A stretch of 39,127 bases of DNA. Source: a virus. Its lineage: Duplodnaviria; Caudoviricetes. Within the stretch, counting starts at the first letter, position 1. Each line of letters starts with the position of its first letter. Where the stretch lies: the IMG/VR virus record IMGVR_UViG_3300031861_000375, positions 1-39,127 of that record; one strand, 5' to 3'. The position numbers were made by a program, and so were the translations under genes. The notes under the pieces were generated by a model. The model was not told the DNA's origin, ran no database searches, and worked only from the letters and a program-made list of their open reading frames with translations. Shown one piece after another: positions 27,827 through 35,506 of the stretch.

Positions 27827-28211
27827 TGCGCCCTCCCGATGCGCCGAAAGCAGCGCGCACCACACCAACCAGATAGCGGAGCCACCCTGGCATCTTGCCG
27901 CCCTGAATCCATTCCAGCAGGCTCACGCACACAACCACCGTGAACAGCGCACCGAAGAAAGCCACCAACCCTGGCGTCTTCGCCCAGTTCTGCCCAATGG
28001 CCTCACTCGAAACGTAATAGCCAACAATCCAGCTTGCCACGAAGTAGCCAGCGCGAGCCCAGGCAGACAGATCCTTAGCGAACACCATGAAGAACAGCGC
28101 ACCGGCAAACGCACCGATCACCGCGTTGGTGTCCACACCGGGGATCAAGCTGGCCGTAGTCATACCCACGATTGCTGCCGTGGCGACCAAGCCGGTCGAG
28201 GCGTCTGCCAT
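27819..28211 (-). CDS. Putative holin/antiholin membrane protein
   Basis: VIGAFAGALFF motif, multiple TM segments, first late gene. Confidence 0.75.
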   Translation of the reverse strand: MADASTGLVATAAIVGMTTASLIPGVDTNAVIGAFAGALFFMVFAKDLSAWARAGYFVASWIVGYYVSSEAIGQNWAKTPGLVAFFGALFTVVVCVSLLEWIQGGKMPGWLRYLVGVVRAAFGASGGRNG

Positions 28212-28230
28212 ACCTGAGCTCCAAAACGAG

Positions 28231-28278
28231 AAAGCCCCGCATAAGCGAGGCTTTGAAAGAAAAGCCCCCTTTGGGGGC
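28231..28278 (-). terminator. Tandem terminator hairpins in late leader (tR'-like)
   Basis: GCCCCC-AAA-GGGGGC-TTTTCTTT (28278-28255) and AAAGCCTCGC-TTAT-GCGGGGCTTT (28254-28231). Confidence 0.7.
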
Positions 28279-28413
28279 TAGTGACCGGGGCGGTAACCGG
28301 TCGGGCGCACAGCACGTGCTAGGTGTTTATTGCTGACGCAGCAATAAATCTTGGGCACCTTGTACCCCTTGACATGCAACGCCCGCAACGGGAAAAAAAG
28401 GCATGGTTGCAAG

Positions 28414-28450
28414 TGGTTAACCAAGTGCGCGCAGTTGGTTAACAAAGTGC
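28414..28450. promoter_or_regulatory. 15-bp direct repeat upstream of late leader, candidate regulator binding site
   Basis: TGGTTAACCAAGTGC (28414) and TGGTTAACAAAGTGC (28436), 22 bp period. Confidence 0.5.
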
Positions 28451-28469
28451 AAAGTGTGGCGACGAACGG

Positions 28470-29015
28470 TCACAACTCGCGCCACAACGCCCGCCATTCA
28501 TCCACCCGCCGCTCAAGCCGTAGCTGCTCCTGTCGCGACACTTTCTGCGCCGCACGCACACGCTCAGCCCGCGCAACGCTGGCCGGCAGCACGTGCTCTG
28601 CCTTGGCTAATCCAGCAGCCACGCCCGGCAACGCATCCTGCAGTTCCGAGTGCAGCTCATCCACGCGAGTGCGGTATGTCCGCACCGACACACCCAAACG
28701 CTGCGCTTGCTCAGCAACAGGCAAAGGCCTCAACTGGCAGTAACGCACCCGCGCCAGCTGCACCATCGTGCGCCCAACAGAGCCACGCCCAACAGGGGCA
28801 TCCAAGGCCAGATCATGCAGAGCCTTATCCACGGCCTGCGCCGCCTTGCTCAGCGATACCCAGCGCTCCACGGTGGATAGGCAGCGGCTGCCCACACGCC
28901 CACACGGGGCATCATCACCCAGCCTGGCCAGCGGGGAACCTATGCTCACATCGATAGCAGGGTCCAAAGCCTCACGGCCCCAGGCGCACAGCAGCACTTC
29001 CATAGCCTCAATCAT
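28470..29015 (-). CDS. Putative late-gene regulator (Q-like position)
   Basis: MIEAMEVLLCAWG start; C-terminal HTH AEQAQRLGVSVRTYRTRV; sits before late leader. Confidence 0.65.
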   Translation of the reverse strand: MIEAMEVLLCAWGREALDPAIDVSIGSPLARLGDDAPCGRVGSRCLSTVERWVSLSKAAQAVDKALHDLALDAPVGRGSVGRTMVQLARVRYCQLRPLPVAEQAQRLGVSVRTYRTRVDELHSELQDALPGVAAGLAKAEHVLPASVARAERVRAAQKVSRQEQLRLERRVDEWRALWREL

Positions 29016-29040
29016 CGCAAAACCCCCGCTATCCGCAGTA

Positions 29041-29342
29041 ACCCAACACAAAAGGCCCAACCCAACACAAACCCAACACACTTAAAACTCTTATAAATCA
29101 ACACCTTCAAGCTATCTGTGTTGAGTGTGTTGGGTGTGTTGGGTTTTTCAGTCCTCGCGTAGCGATTTTTTCTTTGTGTCAGGGTCTCGCCATCAGTAGT
29201 CGCACGATTGAATGCGCATGCGTGCGTGCGCGTACAAACCCAACACACCCAACACACACCGCGCAAAGGCCCGCCGTTGACGGCCTCAACCTGTGTTGGG
29301 TTGCCAAAACCCACCCAACACAACCCAGCACAACCCAACACA
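29041..29342. repeat. Iteron array, probable replication origin
   Basis: 12 copies of ACCCAACACA (8 direct, 4 inverted; two with one mismatch) with an AT-rich patch near 29081-29100, downstream of primase-helicase. Confidence 0.8.
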
Positions 29343-29355
29343 CTTTTAGGCAGAG

Positions 29356-32070
29356 TCATGCTGCAGCCGCCTTGACGTGATCCCACGCCGATACGTTCCA
29401 GCCCGCAGCCTGCGCGGCACCGCGCCACTTATCGACCATCTTGCCCAACTGGGCCGCATTCAAGGATGGGGGCGGGGAAGGCTCCAGATCAGCCGGGAAA
29501 AAGAACGCACCAAACCGTCGGCTTGTGCCCTCACTCCAGGGGATGCTGCGCGTCTTCTCAACCTCCGCACTCACAAACAGGCTGAACTTCGTGTGGCTTA
29601 GCACGTGCTCCTTGTTGCGCTGACACCACTCGGTAAACAGCGCGTATAGGTCAGTGCTCAAGCACCCGCCCCACAAGTTGGGGCCCAGCTCACCAACCCG
29701 CCACATATGCACAAAGGTCTGCCACGCAGCCCGGCTCAGCGCCACCAGGCGCTCACGCGCCTCGGTCTTCGGCGGGCGGGTGCGTTGGTCGAAGTCGCCC
29801 AGATCAATCGACAGCAGCCACGCATACAACGCAGCCACCCCACCATTACGCAGCTCAGCACCAATCGCCTTCTGGCGCGCCGCCGGCAATGTTTCCATAG
29901 GCCACATCACCAGCAGCCGCCGGTCACTCTCGCTGATCGGCCACGGCAGAATCTCGTTCGACAGAAACACCGCATTCATATGGTTGGCTTCCTCCCAACC
30001 ATTGATGAATTTGCTCTCCATCCGCACCGTCTTGCCGGTGATTAGATGCTTGATCTTGCCCACCTGGTTGTAACGCTGGTCACGGCTCACAACTTCTTCG
30101 AACACCGCCCACAGCTTGCGGCTCTGCCAGGCGTTGAAGTTGCTCTCAAGCTGCGTCTGCCCTACCGTTGCCGCGTACTGGCCGTAAAGCTCACCCATCG
30201 CATCGGCAAACAGCAGGCTCTTGCCCGAGCCTTCCATAATCGAGTGCATCAGCACGGCCGTATCCATCTTGGCGCCAGGGTGCTGCAGCGGGTACGCCAA
30301 CCAGCGCACCAACCAATCCCGCGACGGCTCATCGTGGTTGCACAGAAAGTCGATCAGCCAGATCAGGTTCGCGCACGCCTCATCATTACGCTCAGGCGCC
30401 AGCGGCAGGCCGTCATAGGTATTGATGTATACGGCAGGGTCTTTCGTCATGGTCGGGTCGAACACGATGTGGTCAACATCCACCACCCGACGCTCGGCAC
30501 TGTTCAGCCACAGCGCATAGGCATCGCCCAGCGCCATCTTTACCGCACCCTCGGGCACACGGCGTTTCTTCTGCCGGTCCCACACATCCTTGGTGCCGTC
30601 GATGTACACATAGCGTTCAACCGGCGGCATACCCAGGGCACCGCCCTTCTTGCCGGTCAACCGCTTGGCCTGCTGGATATCGCGCACATGGTCTGCGGCC
30701 ACCACCCGGCGGGTATCGTCGGTCAGCGCCAACCACTCTTTCGCCAACGGCTTGCCCACCAGGGCTTCAAAGGCCGCCTTCTTCATCAGCAAGGCCTTGT
30801 CGCCGTCCCACACCTGCGTTGTGCCTTCCACCAATGCATAGCGCCGCGTCACCTGGACAAGCGTCAGCACCTCCCCCGCGCCCCCGGTAGTGCCGGTGGT
30901 GGAATTTTCGGGCGCGCAGTCATCAGATGGGGCGCGGGGAAGATCCTCAACCGGCCCGGCAGGCTCCAGCAATAACGCCGTCAGCAGCTGCTCGCGCACA
31001 GCATCGAGGCCCAGGCCAACATGCAGGTCATTCCAATCCTTACCCTCGGCACCCTGCGGAAATACCGCCACCGCACCGCATTGCTGCGCCGCCAGTTCGG
31101 CCTTGGTGCGCCCCGGGTTGCCAGGTGTGGTCGGGTCATCATCACCACAAATCACCAAGCGCGCCGCTGGGTACATAGCCCGCAGTCGCGCCGCAACCTT
31201 TGGCAAATTTCCCGAATCAATGCCCACCACAACCGGCCAGCCAACGGCCATGTGGCAACTCGCTGCCGTGGCATAACCCTCAGCCAACCCGACTACCTGC
31301 GCATCGGCATCATCAGCCACCACATGAAAACAGCCGCTCTTGCGGCCGTACTTCGGGAACAGCTTCTTACCGGTGCTACTCACCTGCTGCAGGCTGTGCA
31401 AACGCCCTGCCTCATCGCACAGCGGCATCACCATGTCACCACGGCGCAACACCAGCATCGACAAATGAGCAGGGCGCGGGCTGGGCACGCTTTTCAGGTA
31501 ACGCTGGGCATCGTCGCCCACCCACAGCTGGCAGCGCTCGGACTGGTCATCAATCTCAAGCACAACCGTGTGGCGCATAAAGCCAATACCAAAAGCGGCC
31601 ACCTGCTTTTTGTCCAGGTAGGCGCTCTTGCCTTCGGCTGCTGTGTGCTGCGCCCATATCACCGCGCACTCAGCGGCAACCTTTGCCCGCATGCGCTCCA
31701 GCAGGGCTTCGTCGGCCTCTACCTCAGCCTGCCTGGCCCGCCGCCGCTCTTCCTGCTCACGCGCAAACCGCCGCCTATCCTCGGCAGACAGCTCGGTTTT
31801 ATCCGGCGTCCACCCGTTATCCATCGCCAGCTTGATTACCGTGCCAAGCCCGGTACCGGCCTTGCGAAAGCTCTTCCAAACAGCCTTCGCATCACTCAGC
31901 TTGTAGCCGGTACCGGACTGGCTCCACGTATCCCAAGCATCCCAACCGTTGGTACCGAACTCGGCTTTAATGCCCATGCCAACCTGCACCCAGGTCTCGC
32001 GATCCGTGGCGGGGATGAAACGCAGCAGCACACGCAGGTCTTCCAGTGAAACAGGGATCTGATCAGCCAC
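29356..32070 (-). CDS. Primase-helicase (PriCT-2 + Toprim + P-loop helicase)
   Basis: DRETWVQVGMGIK..WDTWS (PriCT-2), AEGYATA and CGDDD (Toprim), EGSGKS Walker A, VFEEV Walker B. Confidence 0.92.
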   Translation of the reverse strand: MADQIPVSLEDLRVLLRFIPATDRETWVQVGMGIKAEFGTNGWDAWDTWSQSGTGYKLSDAKAVWKSFRKAGTGLGTVIKLAMDNGWTPDKTELSAEDRRRFAREQEERRRARQAEVEADEALLERMRAKVAAECAVIWAQHTAAEGKSAYLDKKQVAAFGIGFMRHTVVLEIDDQSERCQLWVGDDAQRYLKSVPSPRPAHLSMLVLRRGDMVMPLCDEAGRLHSLQQVSSTGKKLFPKYGRKSGCFHVVADDADAQVVGLAEGYATAASCHMAVGWPVVVGIDSGNLPKVAARLRAMYPAARLVICGDDDPTTPGNPGRTKAELAAQQCGAVAVFPQGAEGKDWNDLHVGLGLDAVREQLLTALLLEPAGPVEDLPRAPSDDCAPENSTTGTTGGAGEVLTLVQVTRRYALVEGTTQVWDGDKALLMKKAAFEALVGKPLAKEWLALTDDTRRVVAADHVRDIQQAKRLTGKKGGALGMPPVERYVYIDGTKDVWDRQKKRRVPEGAVKMALGDAYALWLNSAERRVVDVDHIVFDPTMTKDPAVYINTYDGLPLAPERNDEACANLIWLIDFLCNHDEPSRDWLVRWLAYPLQHPGAKMDTAVLMHSIMEGSGKSLLFADAMGELYGQYAATVGQTQLESNFNAWQSRKLWAVFEEVVSRDQRYNQVGKIKHLITGKTVRMESKFINGWEEANHMNAVFLSNEILPWPISESDRRLLVMWPMETLPAARQKAIGAELRNGGVAALYAWLLSIDLGDFDQRTRPPKTEARERLVALSRAAWQTFVHMWRVGELGPNLWGGCLSTDLYALFTEWCQRNKEHVLSHTKFSLFVSAEVEKTRSIPWSEGTSRRFGAFFFPADLEPSPPPSLNAAQLGKMVDKWRGAAQAAGWNVSAWDHVKAAAA

Positions 32071-32275
32071 GTTTCAGCTCCCGCAAATGCTGGCAATCAA
32101 CGCAGCACTGGCAACCCGGCACGGCCACGCGGCGTGCTTGGGGTATCTCAACCCCGCAGCTCTCGCACCACTCGGCGCTGGTGGCCTGGCCACCCACGCG
32201 GCGCTGGTGTTGCGCAAGTGCCTGCAGCAGCAGGTGCTCTGCATGCTCGTTGGCGTCATCTATCAGGTCAGCCAC
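32063..32275 (-). CDS. TraR/DksA C4-type zinc finger protein
   Basis: MADLIDDA, CESCGVEIPQARR, CVDCQ. Confidence 0.92.
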   Translation of the reverse strand: MADLIDDANEHAEHLLLQALAQHQRRVGGQATSAEWCESCGVEIPQARRVAVPGCQCCVDCQHLRELKRG

Positions 32276-32753
32276 GGTTGTCGCCCTCCATTGCTTGGCG
32301 GGCGCCAGCCATAATGCCCAGCAACTTGCTGATCAGCGCAAAGCCGTGCGCTTCCAGTTCGGCCACTTCGGCCCGCTCCCAGCGGCTGTCAGCAGCGCCG
32401 CCGGCCAGGCTGGCAACAAACTCACCCTCTTTGGCCAACAGTTTGCCCAGCGCCTGCATCGCATCGCGCGTGGCCGGCACGGGCACGGGCTGGTAACTCA
32501 CCACCCCGTACACCTGCTCAAACCACGTGCGCACGGCAGGGCCGCGCACAAGCTCAACAACACGCGCCAGGTCATCCGGTCTCAAATGGTGGTCAGGGTA
32601 AGCACCTGAAAGGCGCTTTTGAAACGGCCCGTAAGGCTCGCCAAGCATGGCGCAAACGGCCTTGTGGCCGCCGCGGAACTCACGGCAATCAGTGTCGATC
32701 GCCACATCCAGCGGCACCGCAGGGCCGCTGTAATCATCGTGCTGATGCGTCAT
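32268..32753 (-). CDS. CII-family phage regulatory protein
   Basis: GGHKAVCAMLG...KRLS...HHL pattern; position after cro; start at MTHQ with AGGA RBS. Confidence 0.7.
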   Translation of the reverse strand: MTHQHDDYSGPAVPLDVAIDTDCREFRGGHKAVCAMLGEPYGPFQKRLSGAYPDHHLRPDDLARVVELVRGPAVRTWFEQVYGVVSYQPVPVPATRDAMQALGKLLAKEGEFVASLAGGAADSRWERAEVAELEAHGFALISKLLGIMAGARQAMEGDNRG

Positions 32754-32826
32754 GGTAGTAAATCCTGCCAACTACCATAGCCATGGTCAGGGCAGCGCCC
32801 TATCCTATGCCTACAGCAGTCGCCAA

Positions 32827-33100
32827 ACCCCTGATACGTGCTGTGTCCCTGGGGAAAGGCTTGTTGAGGTAGTCAGGGGTGGTACCCGTCTACCGGAACG
32901 CAGGGGCTGGGCCTATTCTTGGTGAGTGGCGCCCAGTTCCCCGCCTCTATTGCACCTGCCGCCGTGGCGTCAGGTTTGTTGCTTTTGGCCTACTGGCCTA
33001 ATGCCGGCTCCGGTCTGCTGGTGAGGCTTCCGGAGCCAGCCCCGCTGCTAGTCCTCTTGCTGCTGTGCCCTACAGCGGGTAGTGACTTGGTGAGTGGCAC
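32827..33100 (+). ncRNA. Putative multi-hairpin regulatory RNA with repeated seed motifs
   Basis: Hairpins at 32827-32880, 32900-32944, 33006-33037, 33041-33079, 33082-33100 carry TGGTGAG or TGCTGTG(T)CCC; candidate -10 TATCCT at 32801; G-U pairs favour + strand. Confidence 0.55.
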
Positions 33101-33106
33101 GTCGAA

Positions 33107-33334
33107 TTAAGCGGCCTGCGAGCCGCGTAAATAAGCCCAATCAATGTCTTCACGCAGTGATTCACAGGTAACAGCGCCTTGGGTTTCGCGCTCAAGATTT
33201 ACAGCAAGCCCCGCACCCGCACGCCTGTTGCAGTAAGCCACCTGCTTGAGTTGACCAACAGAGGTTTGGCAGCGCTTCGCCAAGCACTCAAGCTGGGCCT
33301 TATCCAGCGTTTTCATGTAGTCGAGTAATTTCAT
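33107..33334 (-). CDS. cro: Cro-like (YdaS family) HTH regulator
   Basis: 75 aa, LAKRCQTSVGQLKQVA helix-turn-helix, GAVTCESLREDIDW; divergent from repressor. Confidence 0.85.
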   Translation of the reverse strand: MKLLDYMKTLDKAQLECLAKRCQTSVGQLKQVAYCNRRAGAGLAVNLERETQGAVTCESLREDIDWAYLRGSQAA

Positions 33335-33376
33335 TGCTAAGCCTCGCTTTACAGCGCCTTCCGTCTTGATGCTCGC

Positions 33377-33450
33377 AATATCTACCATTTAGTAACTAGC
33401 AGTCAATACTAAATAGTTCATTTACTTTTTTGTAACTGGTGCCGAAGATT
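33377..33450. promoter_or_regulatory. OR-like operator trio with divergent promoters
   Basis: TACCATTTAGTA (33383), TACTAAATAGTT (33407), TACTTTTTTGTA (33423); minus-strand TTGACT-N18-GATATT toward cro. Confidence 0.7.
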
Positions 33451-33455
33451 GCCTA

Positions 33456-34145
33456 ATGAAGAAAACAGATATCAGACGCGCCAATTTGCAGCTGCTGCTA
33501 GAGAGCCGCTTTGACGGTAACAAGAATGCGTTGGCCCGCGCGGTAGAACGCCAGCCAGGCTACGTTGCCGGCATGCTCCCTGACGCTAATAACCAACGCT
33601 CGTTTGGTGAAGCTAACGCTAGAGATTTCGAACGTCACTTAGGTCTACCTGATGGCTGGTTTGATTGCAGCCATGAGCAATCGCCGGTTAGCAGTACTGG
33701 TAATTACGTTATTGCCGAAGCAAGGCTGGAACCTGGCCCAGACCTGACCCGCCCATTCAAACGGACTCGAATATTAGGGATAGCGCAATTGGGCCCAGAC
33801 GGATATTGGGATGCCTTAACCGTTGCAGACGGCTGGCTAGACGTACCCACCACAGACCCCGACGCCTACTCACTGCGCGTAAAGGGTGACTCAATGGCCC
33901 CCGCCATTCGCAGCGGCTGGGTGGTGTGGTGCGAACCCAACCACCAGCTAATACCCGGCGAATACGTGATGGTGCGCTGCATAGACGGCCAAAGCATGGT
34001 GAAAGAACTGCTCTACGAGAATGCCGAAGAAGTCAGCTTAATGGCCGTAAACGATGGCTACGGCCGCGTGACCATCGCCCGCAGCGACATTGAGCAGATC
34101 CACTACGTGGGCGGCATCGTGCCACCGAGCAAAATCAAGTACTGA
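33456..34145 (+). CDS. cI: CI-like repressor with S24 autopeptidase domain
   Basis: N-terminal HTH; AQLG cleavage-region motif; LRVKGDSMAP (Ser) and MVKEL (Lys). Confidence 0.92.
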   Translation: MKKTDIRRANLQLLLESRFDGNKNALARAVERQPGYVAGMLPDANNQRSFGEANARDFERHLGLPDGWFDCSHEQSPVSSTGNYVIAEARLEPGPDLTRPFKRTRILGIAQLGPDGYWDALTVADGWLDVPTTDPDAYSLRVKGDSMAPAIRSGWVVWCEPNHQLIPGEYVMVRCIDGQSMVKELLYENAEEVSLMAVNDGYGRVTIARSDIEQIHYVGGIVPPSKIKY

Positions 34146-34184
34146 CCCGACTTACTCACACCCAACAGCAATGGAGCTATGCTA

Positions 34185-34337
34185 ATGTCTGACAAAGACC
34201 GCCGACCGCCCTCACAGCCTCCTCGCCCGACGCCGCAGGATAGGCCAACACCTAACCGCGAAATCAAGCACGATAGCGGCAACGGCCCCAACACTATTTC
34301 TGAGAGCCGACCCACACCCCCGAGACCCAAGCGATGA
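34185..34337 (+). CDS. Pro/Arg-rich disordered peptide (50 aa, not in ORF track)
   Basis: MSDKDRRPPSQPPRPTPQDRPTPNREIKHDSGNGPNTISESRPTPPRPKR; GGAG RBS 8 nt upstream; ATGA overlap with next gene. Confidence 0.7.
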   Translation: MSDKDRRPPSQPPRPTPQDRPTPNREIKHDSGNGPNTISESRPTPPRPKR

Positions 34338-34870
34338 CCGACGCCGACAAGGTTGAAGATGAACTCCACGAACTCCGCTTTTATGTGCAGCGCTGCATTC
34401 GCTACCACATGCGCAGAATGTCGTTCTTTATGCGCTGGAGTCGCTTCACTGCCTTTGTCGGCGTACTCTTTGGCTCTGCTGCCGTGGCGTCAATTCTTGC
34501 TGACGCTCCCGCTGCAGTGACAGCAGCAGCTGCGCTGTTGGTAACAGTGGCATCAGCCGTAGACCTTGTTATTGGCACTGGCCAGCGCGCCTCACTTCAT
34601 GGCGACCTGCGTAAATGCTACCTCGGCATTGAAGAGGAAATAATGGCCCAGGGCACTCCAACCCCGGAATCTCTACGGACAATGCGCAGCAGAATACGCC
34701 GCATTGAAGCAGACGAGCCGCCGACACTACCGGCGCTAGAACTGCTGGCCCGCAACGAAGTCATCCGCGCCATGTACACCCGCGAGGAGGCCACGCAGTA
34801 CCTGTCCAACGTGCCCTGGTACATGCGCATGACAGCTCACTGGATAGAGTGGGACACATCAGCCGCTTAA
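34334..34870 (+). CDS. Two-TM membrane protein, SLATT-like
   Basis: N-terminal helix (RCIRYH), two TM helices, then A..H..L...Y helical tail typical of SLATT architecture. Confidence 0.65.
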   Translation: MTDADKVEDELHELRFYVQRCIRYHMRRMSFFMRWSRFTAFVGVLFGSAAVASILADAPAAVTAAAALLVTVASAVDLVIGTGQRASLHGDLRKCYLGIEEEIMAQGTPTPESLRTMRSRIRRIEADEPPTLPALELLARNEVIRAMYTREEATQYLSNVPWYMRMTAHWIEWDTSAA

Positions 34871-34885
34871 GGCACTGCACACCAT

Positions 34886-34911
34886 AAAACCCCGCCCACC
34901 GCGGGGTTTTT
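34886..34911 (+). terminator. Intrinsic terminator of the cI-cargo transcript
   Basis: AAAACCCCGC-CCACC-GCGGGGTTTTT. Confidence 0.85.
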
Positions 34912-34913
34912 AT

Positions 34914-34973
34914 TACCTTCTAGAAAATCATTTACCAATTAGTATTGCCTGATTATTTACTACTTGGTACATT
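34914..34973 (+). promoter_or_regulatory. OL-like operators and PL-like sigma70 promoter
   Basis: TACCTTCTAGAA (34914), TACCAATTAGTA (34933), TACTACTTGGTA (34958); TTGCCT-N17-TACATT at 34945-34973. Confidence 0.78.
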
Positions 34974-35009
34974 GCATCCGTACCCCTCACCAAGGTCACG
35001 GAGCAACCC

Positions 35010-35198
35010 ATGGACACAGCACGCACCACCACCCGCTGCCCGGTGTATCTGCACCCGGCAGCGGCTTCTAACCCCGGCACCGTTCGCAGCATCCAACAGG
35101 CCACCGGCCAGCTGGTTGTAATCAACGGCACCCGCACCCAGCTCAAGCCCACCACCCCTGCCGATGCATTCGGCCCATTCGGGGGTGACGCCGCATGA
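35010..35198 (+). CDS. Small early phage protein
   Basis: 62 aa, GGAG RBS, first gene after PL-like promoter, ATGA-coupled to next gene. Confidence 0.7.
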   Translation: MDTARTTTRCPVYLHPAAASNPGTVRSIQQATGQLVVINGTRTQLKPTTPADAFGPFGGDAA

Positions 35199-35506
35199 GT
35201 ACCAATCACCCCACCATCGCCATGCAGTGTTTTATGCAGGGATTGGCCAACGAGATCAAAGACTGCCGCACCGCATCGTACGACTTTGCAGTTGAGGCGC
35301 GCGTATATAACGCCATTGGCCAAACCGTAGCAGCACTCAACCTGGAAGCGATCACCGGTCAACAGTACGACCGCCTCACAGCGATGGCGATGAATGCCGC
35401 CTCCCTGCGCCGTGAAGAACTGCTGCTTAAGCACCCTGCTCACAGCCGCGCCGCCCTGCAGTCTTACCAACAGCGCCAGGCCGAAAAAAAGCAGGTGACC
35501 GCATGA
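35195..35506 (+). CDS. Hypothetical early protein
   Basis: 103 aa, ATGA overlaps on both sides. Confidence 0.7.
   Translation: MSTNHPTIAMQCFMQGLANEIKDCRTASYDFAVEARVYNAIGQTVAALNLEAITGQQYDRLTAMAMNAASLRREELLLKHPAHSRAALQSYQQRQAEKKQVTA

Noticed and set aside
29041-29342. Possible CRISPR array
   Set aside because: Repeats are 10 bp, in both orientations, irregularly spaced, with no unique 30-40 bp spacers and no cas genes.
29012-29428. 138-aa ORF with repeated CWV/CVG motifs, and N-terminal extension of the 28470 ORF
   Set aside because: These are translations of the ACCCAACACA iterons; no convincing RBS, better explained as origin DNA.
32827-33100. CRISPR mini-array, tRNA, or the 63-aa ORF 32919-33110
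   Set aside because: Stems differ between units while loops recur, the reverse of CRISPR; no cloverleaf or T-loop consensus; ORF has a TTG start without RBS.
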